A stretch of 64,000 bases of DNA from an uncultured Spirochaetota bacterium (GCA_963783575.1 CAWAOD010000010.1:128001-192000), one strand, 5' to 3'. Positions 39,013 to 49,611 are shown, numbered from the stretch's first letter. Translations and numbers: made by a program. Notes: generated by a model from the sequence alone, not told the origin.

Positions 39013-40500
39013 TTAACGGTCAAATTTTCTTATAATTGTGTTTAATCTTTTTGCAATAGATTTTGTTAAACTGCTTTTTTTAAATCGCCACTGCCAATTT
39101 CCGAATGATGTACCGGGGGTATTCATTCTTGCTTCACTGCCAAGTGATAATAAATCCTGTAAAGGCACAATTGAAAATACCGCCTTTGAGGACATAGCAA
39201 GAATTATTAGGTCCCAGTTTATCTCTTTCCCCGTAATATGAGTATATTCAAGAATAAATTTAATTACATTTTCATCTCTTTTATTATACCAACCGATTAT
39301 AGTATCATTGTCATGAGTTCCCGTATAAACAACGCAATTTTCTTTATAATGATGAGGCAAATAATCATTATTTTCATCGGAGTCGAAAGCGAATTGAAGA
39401 ACCTTCATACCCGGATAATCAAAAGCCTCCCTTAATTCTATAACATCGGGTGTTATAAAACCCAGATCTTCAGCTATGATCGGAAGGTTCCCCAAAGACT
39501 TTTCCACTGCGGCAAAGAACTTTTTACCGGGACCTGATTCCCACTTACCTTTAACAGCAGTTTCTTCACCGAACGGAACTGCCCAGTAACCAGCAAATCC
39601 GCGAAAATGATCAACACGCGTAATATCAACAAGTTCAAACATGGCATTAAACCGGCTTATCCACCATTGATAATCCAATTCTTCAAGTTTTTTCCAGTTG
39701 TAAATAGGATTTCCCCAAAGTTGCCCTGTTTTACTGAAATAATCCGGCGGAACACCGGCTACCTTGACCGGAATTTTATTATCATCGAAGCAAAACAATT
39801 CTGAATGAGCCCAGGCATCTGAACTGTCATAAGCAATAAAAATCGGAATATCTCCTATGATTTTTATTGATCTGGAATTTGTATAATTTTTTAAGTCAAG
39901 CCATTGTTTAAAAAACTGATACTGCATAAAATATTGAAATTCTATATTATCATTTAATAACTTTCGGTAATGATTTAAAGACGAAGACTTCCTGAAACGA
40001 ATATCCTCAGGCCAATCGCTCCAAGCTATGCCCCCAAAATGATCTTTTAAAGCCATAAAAAGCCCATAATCCGGAAGCCATTCGAATTTTCGCTTTGAGA
40101 ATTCATTAAAATCACCTTTCTGTTCGTTTGACGCTGAAATTTTAAAATTTTCAAAAGCCTTTTTTAAAATCGGATATTTTTCCAGGAATAATTTTCCATA
40201 ATCTACACCTTTATCATTAAATTTAACGCCATAAGGTAAATCTTTTTTTTCTAAAAGGCCTTCTTTTTTTAAAATCTCCAGGTTTATTAAAAGGGGATTT
40301 CCTGCAAATGCCGAAAAACACTGATATGGCGAATCACCGTATCCTGTCGGTCCAAGCGGCAAAACCTGCCAGAGTTTTTGCCCGGACAGAACCAAGAAAT
40401 TAACAAAGTCATACGCTTCTGTTCCTAAAGTACCGATCCCGAATTTTCCCGGCAATGATGTCGGATGCATCAAAACACCACTGCATCTTTCAAACTTCAT
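39013..40500 (-). CDS. malQ: 4-alpha-glucanotransferase (amylomaltase, GH77)
   Basis: HPTSLP, WQVLPL, GVPPDYFS, RVDHFRG, AEDLG, GTHDNDT. Confidence 0.96.
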   Translation of the reverse strand: MKFERCSGVLMHPTSLPGKFGIGTLGTEAYDFVNFLVLSGQKLWQVLPLGPTGYGDSPYQCFSAFAGNPLLINLEILKKEGLLEKKDLPYGVKFNDKGVDYGKLFLEKYPILKKAFENFKISASNEQKGDFNEFSKRKFEWLPDYGLFMALKDHFGGIAWSDWPEDIRFRKSSSLNHYRKLLNDNIEFQYFMQYQFFKQWLDLKNYTNSRSIKIIGDIPIFIAYDSSDAWAHSELFCFDDNKIPVKVAGVPPDYFSKTGQLWGNPIYNWKKLEELDYQWWISRFNAMFELVDITRVDHFRGFAGYWAVPFGEETAVKGKWESGPGKKFFAAVEKSLGNLPIIAEDLGFITPDVIELREAFDYPGMKVLQFAFDSDENNDYLPHHYKENCVVYTGTHDNDTIIGWYNKRDENVIKFILEYTHITGKEINWDLIILAMSSKAVFSIVPLQDLLSLGSEARMNTPGTSFGNWQWRFKKSSLTKSIAKRLNTIIRKFDR

Positions 40501-40583
40501 GTTAAAACCTCAAAAATAGATAAAAAGTTAATAACATTAATCCTAATTGAGTTGATGATTTTTATCAAGAAACTTATATCCAA

Positions 40584-41354
40584 TCAAATGGAAATTTCTA
40601 TCTTTAATCCGTCATAAGCAAAATAAACATTTTCAGGAAGCCTTATAGTGTCCCTCTTATGCTTGAAATGGTGAGTCAAATGAATTAGAAACGTTTTATC
40701 TGGTTTTATCTTTGAAGCTACTTCCAGCGATTGGCCAAGGCTGAAATGTGTCGGGTGAGGTTCCACCCTGAGGGCATTAATTACTAATATTTTCGCACCT
40801 TTCATTATGTCAAGGCTTTCATTGGAAATAAAACTTGCGTCTGTAATGTAAACAAGATTGCCGATTCTGAAACATGTTATCGGTATTTCGCCATGTAAAA
40901 CCTCGATCGGTGTTATTTTCTGCTCTTTAATATGGAAATCTCCAATAATATTAATAAGCTCTATTTGAGGTTTTCCTCCACCTATCTGTGTAGGTTTAAA
41001 AATATAATCAAAACGATTACTGATTTCATCCAGAGTTAAACTATTTCCATATACCTGAATTTTTTGCCTCATAATAAAATTTATCTGCCTGATTTCATCC
41101 AGGCCGCCGATATGATCATAATGCGGATGTGTTATTAAAATCCCGTCAATCCATCTGATTCCGTTTGCCAATGATTGAAGCCGAAAATCGGGACCTATAT
41201 CTATCAAAATTCTAGTATTTTTGTCCGTGACAAATAAAGCGCTGCTTCTGAACCTTTTATCCTTAGGATCTTTTGAATTACATACATCGCAGTCGCAGCC
41301 TAGAACAGGCACACCACTGGATGTCCCTGTGCCAAGAAAAGTTAAATTACTCAT
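40584..41354 (-). CDS. PhnP-like metallo-beta-lactamase-fold hydrolase
   Basis: LGTGTSSGVP.LGC.C.VC, THPHYDH, YITD. Confidence 0.88.
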   Translation of the reverse strand: MSNLTFLGTGTSSGVPVLGCDCDVCNSKDPKDKRFRSSALFVTDKNTRILIDIGPDFRLQSLANGIRWIDGILITHPHYDHIGGLDEIRQINFIMRQKIQVYGNSLTLDEISNRFDYIFKPTQIGGGKPQIELINIIGDFHIKEQKITPIEVLHGEIPITCFRIGNLVYITDASFISNESLDIMKGAKILVINALRVEPHPTHFSLGQSLEVASKIKPDKTFLIHLTHHFKHKRDTIRLPENVYFAYDGLKIEISI

Positions 41355-42630
41355 CACCATCCTTCTTATGAAGCTTTTTCATCCAATCGGCGATTTTTTT
41401 CTCAAAACCAAGCTCACCGGGTTGATAATATGAAACAGGCTTTTCTGTGTATTTTTGTTCGGTATAATGATTATGAAAATCATGCGGATATTTATATCCG
41501 ATCCCTCTTCCAAGATTTTCCGCTCCATAAAACCCGGCTTCTCTTAAATATGGCGGAACATTCATTAAATTTCCATTCTGGATATCCGAAAGCGCTTTGT
41601 CAATAGCAATAATTGCTGAATTACTTTTAGGTACCCCGGCTAAAAGTGCGGTTGTTTCTGCCAGAATAATTCTACCCTCAGGCATTCCTATTTTTTCAAT
41701 CGCATTATAGCAGCTTACGGCAACCGGAAGTGCTTCAGGGTAAGCGAGGCCAATATCCTCAGATGCAAGTATGATCAGCCTTCTTGCAATGAACAAGGGA
41801 TCTTCACCGCTGTGTATCATAAAAGCAAGATAATAAATTGCAGCATCAATATCACTGCCACGTACCGATTTGATAAAAGCTGAAATTACATCAAAATGGC
41901 CTTCCGTTTCTGAATATTTTGTGTCGGTTTTTTGTATGATATCCGCTATATCTTTATATGAAATTATAATTTTTTCGGAAGCAGGCTTCGATAATATTGC
42001 CATCTCAAGAGTGTTGAGAATCCGTCTGGCATCATTGGTTAAACGCAAAAGAAAGTCTTTTGCCTCATTATCCAATTCCACATTAATCTTTGAAAGAAAA
42101 GAATCTTTTTTTAAAGCATTCATAAGGATTTTTTCAAGCTCATTTTTTGAGTGAGGCTTGAATTCATAAATAAAAACCCTCGAGCGGAGAGCGGGCTGCA
42201 TAATAAAATAAGGATTTTCAGTTGTAGCACCGATTATTACTACCTCACCGTTTTCCAGGCTTGAAAGAAATGCGTCCTGTTTGGGCTTGATAAGACGGTG
42301 GATTTCATCTATAAATACTATTGTCTTAATTCCCGATAAGGATTTTTGAAAAGCAGTTTTTAAAATGTTTTTAATAGCTTCTGTATCAAGTGTTAACGCA
42401 TTTGTAGTGATAAAGTCATATTGAAGCTCATTTGAAATAATCTCCGCAAGGCTTGTTTTTCCCGTTGCGGGAGGACCGTAAAAAATCATTGAATGAATGG
42501 ATTTATTCCTGATCATGGTAAAAATGGGTTTTCCTTCCGACACAAGATGGATTTGACCTACAAATTCATCAAGTTTCCTTGGCATCATTCTTTTTGATAG
42601 TGGAAGGTTTTTTGATTGAAAAAGCTCCAT
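41347..42630 (-). CDS. rarA: Replication-associated recombination protein A
   Basis: GPPATGKT, DEIHR, GATTENP, SAFIKSVRGSD, ASEDIGLA, YKYPHD. Confidence 0.95.
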   Translation of the reverse strand: MELFQSKNLPLSKRMMPRKLDEFVGQIHLVSEGKPIFTMIRNKSIHSMIFYGPPATGKTSLAEIISNELQYDFITTNALTLDTEAIKNILKTAFQKSLSGIKTIVFIDEIHRLIKPKQDAFLSSLENGEVVIIGATTENPYFIMQPALRSRVFIYEFKPHSKNELEKILMNALKKDSFLSKINVELDNEAKDFLLRLTNDARRILNTLEMAILSKPASEKIIISYKDIADIIQKTDTKYSETEGHFDVISAFIKSVRGSDIDAAIYYLAFMIHSGEDPLFIARRLIILASEDIGLAYPEALPVAVSCYNAIEKIGMPEGRIILAETTALLAGVPKSNSAIIAIDKALSDIQNGNLMNVPPYLREAGFYGAENLGRGIGYKYPHDFHNHYTEQKYTEKPVSYYQPGELGFEKKIADWMKKLHKKDGDE

Positions 42631-43710
42631 TTATTTTTCCATCAATTTCATAAACTCATCGAATAAATAATTGGAATCATGAGGCCCGGGCGATGCTTCC
42701 GGATGATATTGAACAGAGAAGGCCGGAAAAGTTTTATGCCTGATTCCCTCGACAGTATGATCGTTTAAATTGATATGAGTAACTTCCATTCCAACCGGAA
42801 TATTATTTTCAACAATAGAAAATCCATGGTTTTGTGATGTGATCTCTACTCTTCCTGTTTTTAAATTCATAACAGGCTGGTTAGCCCCGCGGTGTCCGAA
42901 CTTCAGTTTGTATGTTTTTGCCCCAAGGGCAAGTCCAAGCATTTGATGCCCCAGGCATATCCCGAATATAGGAATCCTGCCGAGCAGGTTCTTAATAGTA
43001 TTTATAACATATGTAACAGCCGCCGGATCGCCAGGACCGTTAGAAATGAATACTCCGTCCGGCTTAAGATCAAGAATCTGACTGCCGGAATATGTCGCCG
43101 GTACAATGGTAATATTTGCATCTCTTAAGTCAAGAAGCCGCAAAATATTTTCTTTAATACCGGTATCCATCGCCACGATATGTTTTCTTCCGGATTGAAA
43201 CTCTTTCCAGCGTTTGGGTTCATGTAAAGTTACCCTTGGAACCAGATCAAGGCCTGTCATATCAGGAACTTTTTCCAGTTTGGCTATTAAACTATTCCGG
43301 TCATAATCAACAGCGGATAATATTCCGTTCATCGCACCTGCGATCCTTATTATCCTGGTTAATTTTCTTGTATCTATTCCTTCAATTCCTGTAACCTTAT
43401 TATTTAAGAGGTAATCCGCCAAACAACCATGGCGATTCCAGCTAGAATCAATTTTCGAAGCTTCTCTAACAATAAACCCCGCTGCCTGTATTTTTCCAGA
43501 TTCTGTATTTTGATCATTCACACCGTAATTTCCAATCAAAGGATAAGTCATCGTTATAATCTGCCCTGTATATGAGGGATCTGTTAAAATCTCCTGGTAT
43601 CCTGTCATTGATGTATTGAAAACTACCTCACCCATCGCCTCGCCCTTATAACCGAAATTCCGCCCGATGAACATTTCACCATTTTCCAGAAGCAGAACAG
43701 CTTTATCCAT
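42631..43710 (-). CDS. carA: Carbamoyl-phosphate synthase small subunit
   Basis: GEVVFNTSMTGYQE, SNGPGDP, GICLGHQ, QYHPE. Confidence 0.97.
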   Translation of the reverse strand: MDKAVLLLENGEMFIGRNFGYKGEAMGEVVFNTSMTGYQEILTDPSYTGQIITMTYPLIGNYGVNDQNTESGKIQAAGFIVREASKIDSSWNRHGCLADYLLNNKVTGIEGIDTRKLTRIIRIAGAMNGILSAVDYDRNSLIAKLEKVPDMTGLDLVPRVTLHEPKRWKEFQSGRKHIVAMDTGIKENILRLLDLRDANITIVPATYSGSQILDLKPDGVFISNGPGDPAAVTYVINTIKNLLGRIPIFGICLGHQMLGLALGAKTYKLKFGHRGANQPVMNLKTGRVEITSQNHGFSIVENNIPVGMEVTHINLNDHTVEGIRHKTFPAFSVQYHPEASPGPHDSNYLFDEFMKLMEK

Positions 43711-43828
43711 AAATAATTCCTCTATTTACTTTAAATATAATATAGATATTTTACCATAATATCAGCTTTATCACAAATTCAAAGGTGATCGGTCAGTTAT
43801 CTTGGAAGTTAATTAACTATTGTTACCA

Positions 43829-43902
43829 TTCCCCTTTTCAAAGGGGGCTAGGCGGATTTAAAATATTAGAAGAATCTCCCCACCCTCTTTGAAAAGTGGG
43901 AG
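43829..43902. repeat. Inverted pair of ~30-bp REP-like palindromic units
   Basis: CCCC-T-run-CAAAGGGGGCTAGGCGGATT and a reverse-oriented copy AATCTCCCCACCCTCTTTGAAAAGTGGGAG. Confidence 0.6.
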
Positions 43903-43967
43903 TTTATTACAAACATATTATAGTAGGTAATATATTACTACTATTTTAAAATAAAATTTAAAAACTA

Positions 43968-43996
43968 TTGACATAATTTATAAAAAGTGAGATAAT
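43968..43996 (+). promoter_or_regulatory. Candidate sigma70 promoter of ftsQAZ
   Basis: TTGACA-17-GATAAT. Confidence 0.55.
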
Positions 43997-44102
43997 GTTA
44001 TAAAGATGTGAAATAGCTAATAATATGAGATATTTTATTTAAAAAAATATTAATCCGTTTTCCTAATTAAGATTGGGAATTAAAAAATTTGAGGGGAATC
44101 TT

Positions 44103-44444
44103 GTGGCAGAATTAACCGACCGTTTGAATTTACCGGCGGCAGGATTTTACGGATTTGAAATTAATACTACTTTAAAAACTTATAAAAAAAGCCCAAGGAT
44201 ATTTAATAATAAGCCAAAAAAACACTTCATAAATTTTATTTCTAAAAGTAGACTTGATGAAATCCCTTCCTTTAAATTACTTGATCGATTTTACAGCATT
44301 AACATATATAATTCCAGAACAGAATCCATTATATTTCAAATTATAAGATTAATAAAAAATACAATTTCTGCTATAACTGGATATATAACAGATATTATAT
44401 TTATTAGATATATTTCACATAAATCACCAAACCCTCATAATTAG
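44103..44444 (+). CDS. Hypothetical protein, or the N-terminal part of ftsQ separated by an indel
   Basis: GTG start after GAGGGG. One extra T at ~44441 would fuse it in frame with the ATG at 44453. Confidence 0.4.
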   Translation: MAELTDRLNLPAAGFYGFEINTTLKTYKKSPRIFNNKPKKHFINFISKSRLDEIPSFKLLDRFYSINIYNSRTESIIFQIIRLIKNTISAITGYITDIIFIRYISHKSPNPHN

Positions 44445-44452
44445 GAATTTTT

Positions 44453-45164
44453 ATGGAAAAGATTATTTCAAACTTTTTCATATTGCTTTTTTTTGGAGCA
44501 GTAATATTAGGATTACATTTCGTAATATATAAAATTTTAGTTAATCAAGGAGTCATGAAGCTTAAAGGGTATTTATGTTTCCGGCAACCGTTTATTACAA
44601 ACCGGTAATATTATTGAATCATCAGGCATTTCCAGAGGGATTGGTATTTTTGATTTTTCACTGCAGGAGCTGGCGGCAAATATCTGCACAAACAGGCTTG
44701 TAGAATTCGCTGAAGTGAAAAGATATCCTCCGGACAGCCTTGAAATAAAAATTAAAGAAAGACAGCCGGTATGCGCTGTTTCAATATTTAATAATTTTTA
44801 TATGTGTGATAAAAATGGACACATATTAATGAACGGATATTATAACGGATTCCCTGTTATAATCCCGGATTTCGATTTTTCATATAAGAATGATGAAATA
44901 AAAGATGAGTATATAAAATTAGTACTTAATAAACTATATAATGTTGCAAATTTAAATAGAATAAATAAAATTTATATAAAAAAAATAGAAGGAATTTATA
45001 TTACATTAAAAAATCTTGACGGAACATTGTTTTTTATAGGAAAAAATATATCTGATAATGATATATTCAATAAAATATTCAGTGTTGCAGACAAAATAAT
45101 AAGCGACAATTTAAAAATTAAGTTCATTGATATTAATAAAGAAAATGCTATCGGATTTAAATAA
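44453..45164 (+). CDS. ftsQ: Cell division protein FtsQ/DivIB, apparent +1 frameshift at ~44567
   Basis: TM helix; removing one base in AAAGGGT gives the POTRA sequence IYVSGNRLL...AEVKRYPPDSLEIKIKERQP. Lies upstream of ftsA. Confidence 0.8.
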
Positions 45165-45223
45165 ATTCGTTATTTAGGTTTTTTGCCGCTGCGATTGATT
45201 TTATAATAGTACAGGAGGATAGC

Positions 45224-46459
45224 TTGGATCCGCGAATTGTTGTTGGTATGGATATTGGCACAACAAAAGTTTGTACCGTGGTTGCAAAAATCAACGAAAT
45301 TGATGAGCTTGAGATCCTTGGAGTCGGACTTGTACCTTCAAAGGGTTTAAGGAAAGGAGTTGTTATTAATATAGACAGTACTGCTTCATCAATTGCCGCC
45401 TCAGTTGAAAAATCTGAAATTCAGGCCGGCATCGAAGTCAAAGGAGTTTATATCGGAATATCAGGCGGTCATGTTGAAGGCATTAACAGTAAAGGAGTGA
45501 TTGCGGTTTCAGATAAAAACAAAGAAATCGGGGAAGCTGATGTCAGAAGAGTTATCGATGCCGCGACAGCAATTGTTATACCGGTTGACAGAGAAGTGAT
45601 TCATATTATCCCTCAAGAATTTATTGTTGACGACCAGGATGGGATAAAAGACCCTATCGGTATGTCCGGAATCCGACTTGAAGCTGTTGTAAATGTCATA
45701 ACGGCCGCCGCGACTTCTGTAAATAATATTGTAAAAAGTGTAAATAAAGCCGGCCTGGAAACTGCGGACATTGTTCTTGAACCGCTTGCTTCCGCGCAGG
45801 CAATACTTACGGAAGAAGAAAAAGAATTAGGCGTTGCCCTGGTGGATATCGGCGGTGGAACAACGGATTATGTTATTTTTGAAGAGGGAAGTTTGAGAAA
45901 AACCGGTATTTTTTCAATCGGGGGGAACCATATTACCAACGATATAGCCTTCGGGCTTAAAACGCCTCCGCTTGCCGCCGAGGAAATTAAAAGAAAGTAC
46001 GGCGCCGCAATTGCAGATTATGTTTCCGGTGAAGATGAAATCGAAGTCCCGGGATTAGGCGGGAGGCAGCCTACTTTTGAGAAAAGAAAAACATTAATTG
46101 ATATTATTGAGCCACGTATTGAAGAGATATTGTCACTTGTTAACAGTGAAATAGAAAAAACAGGGAAAAAAGAATTTCTTGCGGCCGGTATCGTATTAAC
46201 AGGCGGTGTTGCATTGACACCTTATATAGTGGACCTAGCTGGAGAGATATTCAACCTGCCTGTGAGAATCGGAAGGCCTTTAGGTATTAAAGGGCTTAAG
46301 GATATAGTCGACAGCCCTGTTTTTTCTACGGCGGTGGGATTGGCTTTATATGCAAAAGATAACCAGCCGAAACTGGGTCCAACAAATTCCAGGGATGATG
46401 AAAAGAATTTTAAATCAATAATTGATAGAATGAGGCAATGGTTCAACGAATTTTTTTGA
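45224..46459 (+). CDS. ftsA: Cell division protein FtsA
   Basis: GMDIGTTKV, VDIGGGTTD, VLTGG; TTG start with AGGAGG. Confidence 0.97.
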   Translation: MDPRIVVGMDIGTTKVCTVVAKINEIDELEILGVGLVPSKGLRKGVVINIDSTASSIAASVEKSEIQAGIEVKGVYIGISGGHVEGINSKGVIAVSDKNKEIGEADVRRVIDAATAIVIPVDREVIHIIPQEFIVDDQDGIKDPIGMSGIRLEAVVNVITAAATSVNNIVKSVNKAGLETADIVLEPLASAQAILTEEEKELGVALVDIGGGTTDYVIFEEGSLRKTGIFSIGGNHITNDIAFGLKTPPLAAEEIKRKYGAAIADYVSGEDEIEVPGLGGRQPTFEKRKTLIDIIEPRIEEILSLVNSEIEKTGKKEFLAAGIVLTGGVALTPYIVDLAGEIFNLPVRIGRPLGIKGLKDIVDSPVFSTAVGLALYAKDNQPKLGPTNSRDDEKNFKSIIDRMRQWFNEFF

Positions 46460-46511
46460 TAGCAAAGTAATTAGTTAATATATTAAGATTTATTTTGGGA
46501 GGGAAGTCTTT

Positions 46512-47723
46512 ATGATGGTTGAAAGATATGCGGAATCAATCGCTAATAACATTCCGGGATTGATTGTCGAAGATGAAGTAATTACAAAGATCAAAGTCGT
46601 CGGTATCGGTGGAGCAGGTTGTAATGCTATCAACCGTATGATCGAAGACGGCATCAGCAACGTGGAGTTTGTCGCCGTCAACACCGATGCGCAGGTACTT
46701 AAAAACACCCTGGCAAAAACAACATTACAGATCGGCGCCAGATCGACCAAAGGACTGGGAGCCGGTGCAAAACCCGATGTGGGAGAAAAAGCCGCCCAGG
46801 AAGATGTGGAAGAAATTAAAAAGCTTCTGGATAAGAGCAATATGGTTTTTATAACAGCCGGAATGGGCGGAGGAACAGGAACCGGAGCCGCACCGGTTTT
46901 CGCAAAAGTGGCAAAGGATATGGGAGTCTTAACGGTTGCTGTTGTCACCATACCTTTTGATTTTGAGGGAAAAAGAAGGATTGAGGTTGCTTATCAGGGT
47001 ATTTCTAAATTAAAGGAACATGTCGATACGATGCTGGTCATCTCAAATTCCAGGATATTTAAAGTAATTGAGAGAAAAGCCGGGGTTAAGCAGGCTTTTC
47101 ACAAGATTGACGAAGTATTAAAACAGGCTGTCCAGGGAATATCAAGCATCATAACAGATGTTGGAATTATAAATGTTGATTTTGCCGATGTCAAAACCGT
47201 TCTTTCAAACCGCGGCGAAGCAATTATGGGGATTGGAATAGCACATGGCGAGAACAGGGCTATCGATGCAGCAAAAATGGCCCTGGAAAATCCGCTTATT
47301 GAGAATTCATCGTTCAAGAATGCGGGGGCAATGCTTGTCAATATAATAGGGGGCCCTGATTTCGCAATGTCGGAGTATGATGAAGCAGCTAAAACGATAG
47401 CGGAATACTGCAGAGAGGACGCCGAAATCATTGTTGGGTTGAATGTAGATGAGAATTTAAAAGATAAGATAAAGATAATTATAATTGCAACGGATTTTTT
47501 ACCGGCAAACACTACCATTGAAAATGAAACGGTACCTATACCTGCAGAAAGCATATTTGAAGAAAGAAAAGTCGTTTCACTGGCAGAGATCAGGCAGGAA
47601 AGATCAAGATTAAAAAACAGCCGGAATGAAATACCAAAAAATATTCTTAAAACCGAAGGGCACTCAAGAATAGAAGAAGATTATGAAACTCCGGCTTTTT
47701 TAAGAAAAAGAAAAATGGGTTAA
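46512..47723 (+). CDS. ftsZ: Cell division protein FtsZ
   Basis: GGAGCNA, GGGTGTG, NVDFADV, C-terminal ETPAFLRK. Confidence 0.98.
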   Translation: MMVERYAESIANNIPGLIVEDEVITKIKVVGIGGAGCNAINRMIEDGISNVEFVAVNTDAQVLKNTLAKTTLQIGARSTKGLGAGAKPDVGEKAAQEDVEEIKKLLDKSNMVFITAGMGGGTGTGAAPVFAKVAKDMGVLTVAVVTIPFDFEGKRRIEVAYQGISKLKEHVDTMLVISNSRIFKVIERKAGVKQAFHKIDEVLKQAVQGISSIITDVGIINVDFADVKTVLSNRGEAIMGIGIAHGENRAIDAAKMALENPLIENSSFKNAGAMLVNIIGGPDFAMSEYDEAAKTIAEYCREDAEIIVGLNVDENLKDKIKIIIIATDFLPANTTIENETVPIPAESIFEERKVVSLAEIRQERSRLKNSRNEIPKNILKTEGHSRIEEDYETPAFLRKRKMG

Positions 47724-47730
47724 ATGCCAA

Positions 47731-48444
47731 TTAAATTAATTCATTTAATATTGTTTCAACAGATTTAATCTTGCTTTCTGCTTCCAGTACGGAACGGCCC
47801 ATTACAATATAATCAGCCCCGAGTTTTTTTGCTGTTTTTGGATCCATTACTCGTTTCTGATCGCCATTGGATTCGCCGGGCATTCTAACGCCGGGTGTTA
47901 CAAGAGTTATATCATTGCCGAACTCTTTCCTTAAAATCTCAATTTCATACGGAGAGCAGACAAATCCTCTTATTCCTTCATTATATCCCAATCCGGCAAG
48001 GTGTTTTACCAATTCACCGGCGGACAGATTTATTTTAAGGTCATTTTTTAAAATACCGTCATTCATACTTGTTAATACTGTTACGCCGAGTATCAAAGGT
48101 TCTTTGTATCCCGGTTTTTTCTTTATTATGACTTCTTTTACTCCTTCAAGTGAGGCTTTAATCATTTCTCTCCCGCCAAGAAGATGAATTGTTAACATTT
48201 CTATTCCCAATTCTGCTGCTACGGAACAGATTCCTTTTACCGTATTGGGTATATCATAAAATTTCAAATCAAGAAAAACCTTTTTATCTTTTGAATGGAG
48301 ATAATCTATTATTTTATTTCCAGCTAAAGTATAAAGGATACTTCCGACCTTAAATATATCTACCATTGGCGACAATTCTTCAATTATTTTCTCGGCCTCA
48401 ATAAAATCCTTTACATCCAGAGCAACGATAAGTTTGGTCTGCAT
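47731..48444 (-). CDS. pyrF: Orotidine-5'-phosphate decarboxylase
   Basis: IVALD, DLKFYDIPNT, VTVLTS, TPGVR, DQKR. Confidence 0.96.
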   Translation of the reverse strand: MQTKLIVALDVKDFIEAEKIIEELSPMVDIFKVGSILYTLAGNKIIDYLHSKDKKVFLDLKFYDIPNTVKGICSVAAELGIEMLTIHLLGGREMIKASLEGVKEVIIKKKPGYKEPLILGVTVLTSMNDGILKNDLKINLSAGELVKHLAGLGYNEGIRGFVCSPYEIEILRKEFGNDITLVTPGVRMPGESNGDQKRVMDPKTAKKLGADYIVMGRSVLEAESKIKSVETILNELI

Positions 48445-48552
48445 AATATTCTCCCCATATTAATCAATGATTATTATAATATATTATGAGAATTTAGTTA
48501 AAATATCCAATACATTATTTTACTTCAATTTCTCATTATCTTTTGACGATAA

Positions 48553-48655
48553 TTAGTCGAAAGTCATAGTCGGGAGATGAAAATAACATATAATTACTAA
48601 CAGGCTAATTAACTTTCGACTAACCGACTAATTGACTAGAAGACTAACTGACAAA
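48553..48655. repeat. 12-bp inverted repeat plus five tandem 8-bp GACTAA-type units upstream of the sigma factor
   Basis: TTAGTCGAAAGT (48553-48564) / ACTTTCGACTAA (48612-48623); tcgactaa ccgactaa ttgactag aagactaa ctgacaaa (48616-48655). Confidence 0.7.
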
Positions 48656-48666
48656 GGATTACAAAT

Positions 48667-49308
48667 ATGCCAAAAAAAAGTTTTTATAAAATATTAACAG
48701 ATAATGAACTTTTTCTTTTAATAAAAAATAATCATCTTGCAGAAAATGAATTTTACAGAAGATATAAAATTAAAGTTAAGGGATTGATAAAGAATTATAG
48801 ATTAAATTCCCTTGAACGTGAAGACCTTATCCAGGAAGGAATGATCGGATTGTTCCAGGCAATAGAATCCTTCGATAAACAAAAAGGGGTAAAATTCTCA
48901 ACATATTCTATGGTATGCATAAAAAACAGAATTTACAATTCCCTTAATTCAATTTGGAAGCATAAAAAAAAGATCGATGAAGAAAAAGATATTGAAGAGA
49001 TCGTATCCGGGAATAATCCTGAAAGCGACACAATAAAGTCCGAACTTTCAGTTAATATCGAAAACGCGATATCGCATTTAAGCGAACTTGAACAGAAAAT
49101 AATTGAGAAATACCTGAATAATATGAGTTATAAAAATATTGCATCAGAGCTTGAAATTTCTACAAAAAAAGTTGATAATATCTTAATGAAGATTAAGTTA
49201 AAACTAACCAGATACCTGAATGAAAGCCAGAATATTATACCGGCTTCAAAAAAACAAGGGGAAAACCACAAAATCATTAAAAGATTCGCTGAAAAAGGGG
49301 GACAGTAA
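48667..49308 (+). CDS. sigma-70 family sigma factor, SigH-like
   Basis: EREDLIQEGMIGLFQAI..FD....FSTY...CIKNRI; SYKNIASEL..STKKVDN. Confidence 0.85.
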   Translation: MPKKSFYKILTDNELFLLIKNNHLAENEFYRRYKIKVKGLIKNYRLNSLEREDLIQEGMIGLFQAIESFDKQKGVKFSTYSMVCIKNRIYNSLNSIWKHKKKIDEEKDIEEIVSGNNPESDTIKSELSVNIENAISHLSELEQKIIEKYLNNMSYKNIASELEISTKKVDNILMKIKLKLTRYLNESQNIIPASKKQGENHKIIKRFAEKGGQ

Positions 49309-49611
49309 ATGAAGTTAAATATTAAGGCTTTATCATTATCATTTTCTATTTTAGGGTTTTGTTTAAGTTTTGTCATCGGGATTTGGTTCAGCGCAACCGG
49401 TTATGGAAAGCTTGTGCTTGACTTGCTGTCTTCATTTTATGCTAATATCGTACAGTTTAGGTTCAATCCCTTATTATCGTTTGGGACTAATCTATCTTCA
49501 AACTTTTTATCTATTTTTCTTCTAAGTCTTTTTACTTTTATAGATGGCATAATCATTGGAATCATTTTCGGTTCACTTTATAATCTTTTTATTCCTAAGA
49601 CAAAAAAATAG
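49309..49611 (+). CDS. Small membrane protein (resembles families annotated as holin-like)
   Basis: MKLNIKAL..., two long hydrophobic segments, FIDG....IFG.LYN terminus. Confidence 0.65.
   Translation: MKLNIKALSLSFSILGFCLSFVIGIWFSATGYGKLVLDLLSSFYANIVQFRFNPLLSFGTNLSSNFLSIFLLSLFTFIDGIIIGIIFGSLYNLFIPKTKK

Noticed and set aside
48616..48655. Repeat array as a CRISPR
   Set aside because: 8-bp units with no spacers, and no cas genes in the window.
49309..49611. Holin-like protein as evidence of a prophage
   Set aside because: No endolysin, integrase or structural phage genes nearby; it is embedded in an Mla operon.
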